From positions 5,182,760 to 5,246,759 of the forward strand of contig CM082576.2 of NCBI GenBank assembly GCA_040954595.2: 64,000 nucleotides of DNA, written 5' to 3'. This document shows, piece by piece, positions 40,483 to 51,731 of this stretch; position 1 is the first letter of the stretch, and every line of letters starts with the position of its first letter. A program made the position numbers and the translations under genes. The DNA is from Balanoglossus misakiensis (Eukaryota > Animalia > Hemichordata). The notes beneath the pieces were generated by a model. That model made no database searches. It saw only the letters and a program-made list of their open reading frames with translations, and was not told the DNA's origin.

Positions 40483-43400
40483 ATGAGGGTCGTGGGCTGT
40501 CTGCTCTGCCTGTCAATTCTTTTGATCTGTGTCAACAGCTGCTTCAGTAAAAGAAGGGAAATACAGGTAAATATCATGATAAGGTCATGACCGGGGGGGG
40601 GGGGACGTGATGGAGGGGTGGCGGGAAGGATGTACCAATGGTACTTCGTGTTTCAGTTTGATGAGAAGAAAATATTCATTCTCAATTGCATTGCAGATTT
40701 TCCTTTTGAGGGCTACTAATTAGTTTATCATGATAATTAATATACTTCAGCAACCTTATTTGCATATTAATAGATCAGAACAACTGGTATGATATATATC
40801 AGCATGCACAAGTACACAAGTAAACAAAATTAAACATGTATAAAGTCAATATTGACCATTGTTAAATTGGAACCATTGCTTTGTTTACAAACATACATGT
40901 ATATGTTCAGGATTTATATAAATAAAATATCAGCATTTTCAATTTATTTTATGTGGTTACAGAAAGCAGCTTCGCAACTGATAGAGAAAGAATCCAAGAA
41001 AGTGGATACCAGTACCTGTAAATCATCCAGTGCTGATCACATTGTAAAATTGAGATTGAAACGCAAGGTAAAGTGTTCCTTTAATGGAGGTGTGGTTCCT
41101 ATATATCCACATAACATTATATTATTGGCACTTTAATGTGTAGCCATGGACAAAGTAAAAATCAGAGATTGGCTGGATCTCCGGTATCCATATAGTGCAC
41201 CTGCCAAAATTAAAGTAACCACCTTTTTTTCTTCTAATTTACAGAGAAAAGAGGCACTTTCCTGTCTGCTGAAGAATCTTGAATTAAATGTAGAAGATGG
41301 CTGGACTTGGTACATATCTTAATTGTTGTTAAAAATGTTTTAAAAGTCACAGATGAATGTGGAAGCAACAACAAACAGTCTATTTAAAATCACATACAAT
41401 AACAATTTAATTGCATTTGAAAGCACAATACTATAACAATAGTCAAGTTAGATTCATTTGTACTTAATTTAGTCATTGTGTTGTTATATCTCTTCATAGA
41501 TGCTCACTGGTGTGCATTAAAAATCTAAAAATTTAATTTCATGTAAATCCCAACCTTTTTTAATTCAAGGTCAGAGCTTGGTACTCTGTTTGATGAGCAA
41601 GGAGAAAATTCTAAGGCAACAACATGTCTGAAACAAGCTGCTAAGCTCACCGGGAAATTATCTTCCCATATCCAAAAATGGCATTTCATTGGTAAGTGTG
41701 TAACCTACTGAAATTGCAAAATCTCTTTGGTTTTTGTATGATTCAATTATGCCAGAAGTCTTGAAATGGACCATAATGCCATTTTATTATCAGGTCTGAA
41801 ATTTGTTTGAACTATTTGTTGTGCTGTTTCTGTGTAGGGCCGTTTGTAATTGGCAAGCCAGAAGTAGATGGAGATCCACTGGAGTTCTATGGTGGCATTT
41901 ACAATGCATCAAGATATCGCTATGACAAGAAAGTTGTATATTACTCTGAGTTGGTCAGTGGTGGTCAGATACAATGGAAGAAAATCCTGCAAAAGGTTGG
42001 TGTTGGGTGAAGTTCATAAGAATTTGTGAATAATGTTGTCAACTTGCAGTGTTCATTAATTTTTTTCTTTTACACTTTGACACAAATTTTGTGTATTCAA
42101 AAATGTCCACATATGGTTATGTGTTCTGCATAACTGAGTGACAACCAAATCCCAGCTCAGTAAATACTGCATGGGAAATGAAATGTAGAATATGTACCCA
42201 ATAAAAATGCATTGTGAAAAGACATTTTCCAAACTGTCTTTCTCATCTCATCCACAGAATGCAGTTGATAGTGTACAGATTAATCCACAAATCAATTGGA
42301 ATGAACTTGTCACTGGATTGGGATCAATGGCAATAACTGAGTGGCAGGTGAGGAATTAACCCTTTCACTGTCATGGTTCAGTCCAAACCCATTGTTTTCT
42401 ATGGTGAGGTTGGACCTCTAAAGGGGAACTGGGGGTGAAAGGGTATAATAACATGGTAATGGAGATTATGGTTCAATTTGTCATTACAGCTCTTTTATCT
42501 GAAATAAGAAGATAAAATTTGGCATTTGTGCTTCATTTTCACTTTCTTGTAGTTACGTTGAAAAGTTATCGAAGCACTTTATTAACTTGAACATTTTTTA
42601 TTTAACAGGGATGGGCTGTTGGAGAGTTTGCTGTGAACCAAAATAATGAGAATGTCCTCATCCAGTGTTTGGGTAAGTGCATGACTATCTTAATGTCTTA
42701 CTTTAATACTCTTATAAGATACGTATCTCTGATTAGACTGAACACTTGAAATTACCTCTTGAGGAAAGGGATTTTCGAAAGGAAAACCTCTCTTTAAGAG
42801 CAGAAAAAAATCACCCTTTACAAAAGACTGAAAACTAAACAGTAAACTGGTATTTTTTGTGTCAGGTGTCACAACTATGTTTGTTGATGGTGTCTTTCTC
42901 ACTGGTGATGTCTACAGAAGATCTCAATATTGGTGAGTTTATATCGTGTACATATGATTCTCTGAGCTGATGTCAGACAAATATTGCTGCACACAGTCTG
43001 CACTCATACAAATATGTTATTTTTCACCTTCATGGTCAGTTATACATACATGTAGTATCAATTCTGCTCTCAAGTTCTAACACACTGATATCTATTATTT
43101 TTTTCCACAGGTATTCAGTATCCTTATCACATGGCATACACACTCTTTACGTCAAACTCAGAACCAAAGGCACAGAGGTGATCTTTCTTACATTAGAATT
43201 TCGTTTTTGGTTACTTTCGCCATATGTGAGAAAGTCCCTAAGTCTGCACAAATGAGGCTTTGTGCATCATTTTATGCACCAATAATACAGATTCAGTCTT
43301 TTCCAAATAAGCCAAAATGCTCATTCAATTGGTCTAGAAAAGTGAACCTTCCAATTGCGTACAACCAGCTTCTCGTGATTGTGGTGTATTTTTTCTATGC

Positions 43401-46400
43401 TTTCATTTCCAGGTGTTCCAGTGTAATTTAAAACTTGCAGGTACTGACACTCTGGAAGTTCATGAACCGATCGTGAAACCCGATCTTGTGAATGGTCATC
43501 TGTTTGGTCACATGATTGCGGTACCGGTCAGCAACCTGCATTCCACTAAATGGATCAAATCTCTCAAGTAAGAAATCTGTGATGTCACTGTTCTATACTA
43601 AAGTATCTAGAGCAGCTGAGAGGTGGCAGAGATGTCTTGCAGGACAGGTTGCCAGTACAAATGCCTGCCTGGCACATCTCTGTAGCCACCCAAAAATATT
43701 TTGCAAAGATTTAACTGTAAAGCAGTTTCAGAGCAAACAGTTAGATTTTGTATTACTGATTTCTGATTCTGATAGCATTGCCATGGCAATTTAGAGATCT
43801 CTTACCTTCGTTCATTTGTTGATTTCTAATCCTGATAGGGTTACCATGGCAAGCCAGAGCTATGGATCACCAGTGACAGCTCACCTGTCAGATAATAGCA
43901 AGCAGTTCGGAATAGCACCTGGTCAGACCATGCCTATTGCTATTGAAGTACATCACAAAGATGAAACAGACCACATGCCATGTAAGGACACCAGGTGTGT
44001 AAGCCAATCAGAAACCAGGTTCAACCAAGATCAATTTTTGTGTCAACTTTGTTTGTATTTAATCCCTCATTTTGAATGCAACCATGTGATGATTAATGCT
44101 TTAAGGTCATGTTGCAAGTGAAAAATAAGCTCATTGGTATGTTGTGTTGTAATACTTTTAAAGCTGGCAAAAAAAAAGAGTAATTTCTTGTGACCATAAT
44201 ATACATGTAGGTCAAGGGTTTCATGTAGTCAAAATTTGCAGTGAAACTGAGGAGACTGCAGTCGTGAAATATCCTGCAAAACAAAGACTTAAAGACTTTT
44301 GATATCCTTTCTGTCACAGGTTCACTCTGAAATTCAGCACATCCGACGGCCAATCACAGCAGCTGCCAATCATATTACGATGCAGAAATTACGGCGAATC
44401 ATTCATTTACACATTCAAGGACCATGACAGTTCTGTGAGTTCAAACTCTTGCAATTCATCACAGATGATTTTTATGCTGCAGAGATTATTTGTGAAGCAG
44501 TCTACTACCTGATATAGACAGGGGCATTTCTCGTGAGTTATATCTGCAAGAAATGGTAGAATTGTTTGTTTTGATGGAACAGAATGCTGTGGAGGAAATG
44601 ACAAGGGGTTTCACCTATGACTATGATGACATACATGTTGGTATATACACATTGAATAATGTTACCTATGTTTTGTTGCCACTAGATTCAACAAGCTGCA
44701 ACCATACCTCCGTTGGACGATTGCCCCAATAATGTATGCCCAGTAAGTACTGGAAACATGAAGCAATTTGTATTGAGATGCACATTGTTGTACTCAAACA
44801 TACTGGAGTGTGTGTACGGTATGTTCGGCATGTTCAGTTGATGTACATCTTTTTAGTTTCTGGTACTCATCTTGTGTTTCTATTTTCTCTTTGCAGGTTT
44901 TGTTGACTCTACATGGCACAGGTAAAGATCACCGCAAAAATATTCAAATTGAAGTTGTGTAAATCTTCAATGTTTAGATTATCAGGTTACTGGTATCGTC
45001 ACTTACAATGTAGAATACCAAGATGCATTTCTACAGGCCTCAGTACTGACATATCACTGTCTTTCCCTTGAAATGAGCAGGAGTTCAAGTTCAAAATCAA
45101 GCTGACAGTTACAAGAGGATGGAAAATGGGAAATGGATCTTTGGATTCGAGACAGCCTGGGTGCTTGCCACTACGAGGTAATCACAGTGTCTGCTGTAGT
45201 ACTAGGTAACCTTTCCTACAAAGGTATAGATCATTTCTAAATTTCTGTCTCTTAATTTCAGACATGGAGCCCATAACTGGGAAGGACCAGGAGCACTTAC
45301 TTCAATCACGGCTCTAAATATGCTTCAACAGGTACATGTATTGCTAAAATTTCACTTTTTGGATTTTGTAGGTAAAACGTACGTACACTTCCTGTTCCTA
45401 TTCAACTTCTGTGTGCTAGAGCCAGTTTTGGAACAGTTTGTACTGTATTCCCTGGTGCAATTGCTTTCTTTGTAAAGTGATGTTTGATTGGTGTGTTATT
45501 CATGCTATGCAATATCTTTTCATTTCATTTCAAAGTTTAGCCAAGAAGCACCATGGTTGTCAAGCAAAGCCAGTGCCCACCATGTGATCTTTGCCGGTCA
45601 TTCCATGGGAGGTCACGGAGCATGGCATTTGGCCGTCCACTATCCAGACAGAGCGTTAGCGGTGATGTCATTGGCTGGTTGGATCAAGAAAGAAGAATAT
45701 GGAGACAGCAATGAGTTTTTCAGGTAAAATGATGTTGCTATTGTCTTGCTTGCCATTTTGCAGAATATTTACCACATCTGGATTTTGGTATTTATTTTGA
45801 TTTTGATTTTTCTTCTTCAGACATGATACCAGTACGAGTCATACCGATCCAGCTGTCAAAGCCATTATGGAGGTAAGAAAAGTCAGTGTTGAAAACACAT
45901 GCCATACACGATTTAACACTGCTAAATAAATTTAAAGTAAGACTGATGAAACTGATTTTCATTTTGGAAAGTGTGTCAACTGTAATCTCTCTGTCATTTC
46001 CAGGCTTGCATAGCTGAAAATAATGCAGATCTTCACGTTTCTAACCTGCAAGTAAGTCACTGTATGGATGAGAGACTTTTGCAAGGGTTGTGTAATGTTG
46101 ATGAATCTGACTTTATGATGTCACTAAATACATAAATCTGTGATTTTCATTCCTGTCCTTTCATGGGAAACAGGTCACTTCATATTTTCACTCTCAACTT
46201 TTTTAAATGTCATTATTGTTTGTGGTCTCTTTTCAGCATGTTGAAGTTTTCACAAGAATTGGTGCAAATGACAGAACAGTAAATCCATACTTTGTCAGGT
46301 AAGTTCAGTGATAAAGAGACATTGTGCCTCTATATAAACTGGATGAAATGTTTGCACCCTTTGCTTTTGCTTTAGATCACATTAAACTCTTTTCTGTTTT

Positions 46401-48826
46401 GCATGCACTGACTTAACAGGTAATATGAAATTCATGTATAACGTCTGGAAAAAGATTTTTAATTTATTTTCAATATTTTGGGTTGCTCTGTAGGAGGATG
46501 TATCGTCTTCTGAAAGAACACAATGTGAGTGTTACTTATGAAGAACTGGAGGGTAAAGAACACTGGTGGTGGGATACATTGTAAGTATCTTGTTATATTT
46601 GTCTTCCGAATTTTAAATTAGTGTTTGCCTGCTTGTAAACAAAACGATATTCTTAACAGAAACATTTTGTGTGACGTTCTTCCATGCCCAGGCAGTTAGA
46701 TCTTCTAGATGTACAGGGACTTTTGTTTTGTTTCCAGGGAAACCAATGATGGAGGAGCAGTTAACGATAAACAGCTGAGAGACTTTGTCATGAAACACAC
46801 AAAAAATCTGATCATTGGAGAAAGCGCTGTGGATGAAGAGAGTTGTGATGATGAGGAGTGCGAGGATGTTGGCACGGTGACAAGATACAGTGGGAGACAA
46901 GCAGCCACTGAGAGGAAAGGACGATACACAATGACAGTGATCAATCCCGCCTTCATGGAAGGACTTCACGGTGTTAGAATCTTGCAACAGATTGTACCGT
47001 TCAGGATCAGTAGAGTAGAGGTCAGTCAGAAACTTGATGTGTCTGCTGATTTGGGCATGTGAGGGCGCCATCATCAAGCTCCTCTCAGTTTTGTGCCCCT
47101 CACTGTCATATCGGCATAGTTCAAGTGAAGATAATACATCTTCAAGAAAATATATCTTTCAAGATCAAGAAATAATTTTTAAATGTAATCTTTCCAACTA
47201 AAGTATGATGATTTTTTTTCCAGATGGATTTCTCATCAGATCGGGTCACCATGGTAACCACCAATGTCCAAAAGTTTGGTTTGTATGAACCCATTCTATC
47301 GCCAGTGGAATGGACCTCAAAGTCTGTGACAGTAAGTTTCTTGCAACCATTGAATCAATTGTGAAATGTACCAAATCTAGATGTTTTAGGAAGTATGCAT
47401 AATCTTCTGTAAATGTGCTTTACTTTGCATTTTTCTGCTACGACCAAACTTTCTTTGTCACAGATCGATGGCTCAGAATTTCCCTCAACTGATGTTACAC
47501 AGGTAGCAATGGATGGGGCACATTTTTGTAAATCACAAGGTAATCATATGTTTTCTATTGCATAGCCACAGTTCTCGCTCCAGGGTCTATGATCTTGCTA
47601 CGTTCTTGGATCTTTATACTGAACAGGATATCTGTAGCATCAAGTATGCCTAGGTAGGAAACTCCATGGTGACAAACTATCTTAGTTGTACAAATGTTTT
47701 CTCATGATTCTAAATTCAGGAAAGTGGTCAGTCTGCCAAAAGAAAGGACCAAATTTCGAGACCCACCAACAACGAGGACCGTCAAATCTGGGACCAGCAA
47801 GGAGGGTTGCTGAAGACCAATTTCTGATTGTCACAGGTTCGTGGTTTACTGGTGTCCTATTTTGGAGTTGAATCAATATTTGGTGGCAAAAGTGTTCATC
47901 TGTGTTCCATAATTTCCCAAGTGTGTTTTAATCATCTCAGGTCCACCTTTAATCCACACAGGTACTGGTGGCCCCACGGATGTGACAACCACACTGCAGC
48001 AACTCTCTGTCTACATTGCTAATTTATTCTTCTTGACTTCTGACACCATTGCGCCTGTCGTCAAAGACACCGACCTCACAGAGGACACTGCCAGTCAGTT
48101 CAATTTAATTGTTGTGGGTGGACCCGAGGAAAACATCTGGGCTCAGAAAATCTTAGAGAATAGTCTGCCACTTTCAGTAGATGAAAAGGGTGAGTATAGA
48201 GAATGTTGTTTTCGTAAAAATATGGACTGAGATTTTTCGTCTGTCTTGAATTGATAATCCAGGATTTAATCCCTGGGACTCGTAGAGCCCAGTGCCTCCA
48301 AGCCACATGCAGATAACCTATAAAATGCTGATGTTAATGTCAGTTCTTATTGCCATCTTGTACTACAGGTATTGCACTTGGCGAGTGTGTGTTTACCCAG
48401 CATGCAACAGGAGCTCTGTTTCTGGCACCACACAGAGGAAGTGGCGTGGCATTGTTACTGGTGGGTAACTCCATACAAGGCGTGGAAGATGTAGTGAGAT
48501 TGGCCAGTCCTACCATACCACCAATGACCAGATCACCAGTAAGTAATTCACTGTTTGTGGCACTTGATCAATTTACTCCAAGTATTCAGTGTCCATGACA
48601 ACAAAGAGACTGGTGTAGTATATGCTTTTGCTGCTCATGTTATATACATACATGCATCTAACTGTATCTCTCTTTCTTTTTTACCATATAGTTTTCTAAC
48701 CTTGTACCTGACTATGTGATAACTGGAGCAGATTTCAAGAGCAAGGGACCAGGTGGCTATTTGTGTACAGGTTTCTGGGGCAACCAGTGGGACTACAGAA
48801 GAGAGATTTCATCATGTGCTTGCTGA
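40483..48826 (+). CDS. Secreted alpha/beta-hydrolase (peptidase S9-like) with N-terminal TPR-like helices, ~28 exons
   Basis: Signal peptide MRVVGCLLCLSILLICVNSCFS; TPR-like EALSCLLKNLELNVEDGWTWSELGTLFDEQGENSKATTCLKQA; WHFIGPFVIGKPEVDGDPLE; LHGTG; nucleophile elbow GHSMGGHG; IGANDRTV; GKEHWWWD; ends GFWGNQWDYRREISSCAC*. GT-AG junctions phase-consistent where checked. Confidence 0.85.
42360..42443. mobile_element. 84-bp MITE-like element with 9-bp terminal inverted repeats (piggyBac-type ends)
   Basis: TTAA|CCCTTTCAC...GTGAAAGGG|TATA; left TTAA intact, right flank degenerate; lies 12 bp inside an intron. Confidence 0.55.
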
Positions 48827-49630
48827 CAAAGTGCCATTCCATATTTAGTATGATGTCTTTGCATTTCCAACCAATATCATTGCAGACCGCGAAAGATTTG
48901 TCTGACAGCACAAGTGGTGAAGGCGTGAAAAACTAGAATTCACTGTCGGGAAGATTTTTAGGGGAAAGGTTCTTTTACAGCCAGTCGCACCCTTATTCAC
49001 TAAGCAATATAGCTGGTTACCCAGCAAAGTCTCCAAATGTTCTGTAATATAATCAAGAGATACCCTCAATCCACTCATTTCTAATGTAACAGGACAAGTC
49101 CATTGGGAGAACAACTGACTTTAATCTTGTTCTGTAATTGGCCATATCTTTGCGTTTGTGTTTTTTTTTTATCCTAAACTATCTTGTGAAAGTAGAAACT
49201 TTTGGAAAAAACTGCTACATATGAAAGAAAATAGAGAGTAAAGTGTAGATAATTTACAACAAATAGTAGTCCATAGATCTGTGTAGCTGGTACAAATCAT
49301 TAATTGGATATCAGAACATGTGTCAGAATATGTTTAAATATTTGAAAGAAATGTACAGAAAAGACAATGATCTTATAACAGATGTACAGTACAACCACAT
49401 TTATAGATCATAAATTGTATTTGTGGTTATAAACTACTCGCATTCAGAAACTTTTTTGCAAAGGAAAGTCAAGTGTGTAATACATGTCTCCCACGTGGCA
49501 GTACTTATGTAGTGACAGGGAATGCTGTTATAAGATGGTGATTTTTCACTCTACCACTGGCATTTCATTGCTTTTTAGATAAAACAAGCATTTTTTTTCG
49601 AGATGACTGAGTTTTGTTCAGCAACCTTGT

Positions 49631-51141
49631 CTACCCCCACATCCAATTTGCCATCCACTTTGAAGGACTTCTCATGGCTCCTCTCTGCCCACCGAAAACT
49701 TTTTCCGGATTTTCTCCATTCTCCTCATCGCCTGTCTGGTTGCCTGGCAACGTGGTGTCCTCACCAGAGCCGTCGTCGTCCTTCTTTGCGCTGCCGCTCC
49801 TCTTGATCTCCGCCACCTTCACTTCGTCGATCGAGATGACAGCGTCGACGAAATCGTCTTCCACCTCGAAATCTGCCGGGGGCTCAATTCTGGTGCCGAT
49901 CACCACGAGGCCGTCACGGACCCCGATGTTACTGTCGGAGGAGGAATGGGGGTTGTTCTTTCTCTTCTTGAAGAAGTTGAAGAACGGCGTGCTGCTTCGT
50001 GACTTTTTCACGCCTGACGTTTGCTGCTGGCCTGTTGCCGGGTTGTTCATTTCTCTTTCAGGTGTCGCTGACGGAATCTCCGAACCTTCGTTTGTTGATG
50101 GTGCGACAGGTTTTGGTTCCATCACTTCACGTTGCAGTTCCCCTAACAGGGGATCTGATTCTGCTTGCTCATAAATTTCGTTCTCTGACTCTGACGTTTC
50201 TGACTTCACCGCGTCTGCATTTTCTTCCTTGTCTAATGGCTGGTGTGCTTGTGTTAATAGTTCGTCACAGGGATTATCGACTACCTGTGTTTCTGAAGCA
50301 ACATCTCCGGCTATAACGGTGTCTTCTGTGTCAGTATCTGACAGTTCATCTTCAATCTCGTCACGCGGGTTTGAGTCATCCGCTCTAGAACTTGACACTT
50401 TGTTCTCAGTCTCAGCATCCGAAAGTAAATCATTCGTCTCAAGATCCATCACATCGGACACTTCGTTCTCCGACTTCGCATCCGAAGTTACGTCATTCGT
50501 CTTGGCATCCATCACTGATGCGTCTTTTGCCTTGCCCTCTACAGTGGCACCGTTGATTTCAACCCCTTCTCTTCCACCTTTGGTATCGTGTTCAACATAT
50601 TTGTTCGGTAGGAAGGTAACTTTCACATCGTCAGCACTCTCCGGGTTTTGCTCTTCATCATCAATGACTTCCAAAGTTCCACTTATCGTCTGCTGTGGAA
50701 CCTCTTCGTCGACAGGAGAATATAATGCCTGCTCTTGCCATCCAAGATTTTCTGGAATCGGATTCACTGACAGTGTGCGAACATTTTCGTTCGAGGTAGA
50801 CAGTGAGATACTGGCTCTCTAGAATAAAAACACACACATTTGCATTCATTAAAACGCGAAGTTTTATCATCCACGTAAAGGTGTGGGTTGTATTCCAAAT
50901 AATTGAAAATGAGAGCAAAAAGAGCAATAAGAATATAGTTTTTCTGTGCTTTAAAAAGAATGGTTAACCGTCGCTCAAACATCAGACATCCACCATGTAA
51001 CAAGCTACAGAGTCATTGGTCCCATTTTGTACAACTTTTTAAAAGTTGGAAATTCACAGTGTATGAAAAGAAATAAGGACTTACTTTGACGTCATAACAT
51101 CCGCAACTATTTTTACCACATACCGACGGGCCTGCTCCCAT
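49631..51141 (-). CDS. Uncharacterised acidic disordered protein, 2 exons, ~414 aa, predicted myristoylated/palmitoylated
   Basis: Exon 1 51141-51085 = MGAGPSVCGKNSCGCYDVK then GTAAGT; exon 2 starts at 50818 after ttttattctag, in frame with the 378-aa ORF to the stop at 49631. Confidence 0.8.
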
Positions 51142-51731
51142 TTTTCCAGATTAGTTTCGATTCTTTCCTTCCGAACTTTGACGATACTTGGCAAACAACT
51201 TGAATGCACAAATTAGGCCGTTAGAGATTATTGGGCGCGTGAGTTCCATCGGAGTTCTATTCAAGTTGAAAATTCCCAAGCGCGCAAGTGAACGCGCTTC
51301 AAAACACATGGAAACAGGGACTTTGAAGTTTGCACGGACGCTTTTCTATTTTGCGCTAAGTTGTGTTTTACAAAATAGTCGCTGAGTTATCACGGTACAT
51401 GTATATTGAAGGCAGGAAAAATTAATATTCTAACAAAAAAGATGTGGAAATATTTCCACGTTGTTTTTGTCGTCTCTGGGGATTTGCATGGACGGTGGAT
51501 ATTTGCGACGTTGCATCCACTAAAACTGAGCCGTTTCTTTGGGATTTCCCGAAAAAGCGAGTCATATAATCGTAAAATCGGCTGCCTATAAAAATTATCG
51601 ATGATTTACGATTGGATAGCGTACTTTTTGAAACCGTCTAATGACGTCACAGGGAATCCCGAAAGACGACCATGCCACGTGACAAATGTTGTTCATGTCA
51701 AAGGTCAAAAGGATTCCCCAAACAGATGAAG
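51142..51731. promoter_or_regulatory. Putative bidirectional promoter, acidic-protein gene / MBIP
   Basis: Divergent starts ~590 bp apart, CpG-richer; ATTGG at 51611, TTTGAA at ~51627, perfect CRE TGACGTCA at 51642-51649, YY1-like AAGATGGCGG overlapping the MBIP ATG. Confidence 0.5.

Noticed and set aside
1610-44312. U12-type intron donors (RTATCCT at ~1612, 20532, 29536, 44302)
   Set aside because: None coincides with an exon end; the junctions I checked are ordinary GT-AG.
40483-48826. Recent horizontal transfer of the hydrolase from microbes
   Set aside because: About 27 spliceosomal introns and host-like composition argue for long residence; ancient transfer cannot be tested here.
48812-48826. 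C-terminal CAC as a Rab-type CXC prenylation signal
   Set aside because: The protein has a signal peptide and no Rab fold; disulfide bonding is more likely.
49614-50822. Long plus-strand ORFs of 186 and 197 aa
   Set aside because: Antisense shadows of the low-complexity acidic exon.
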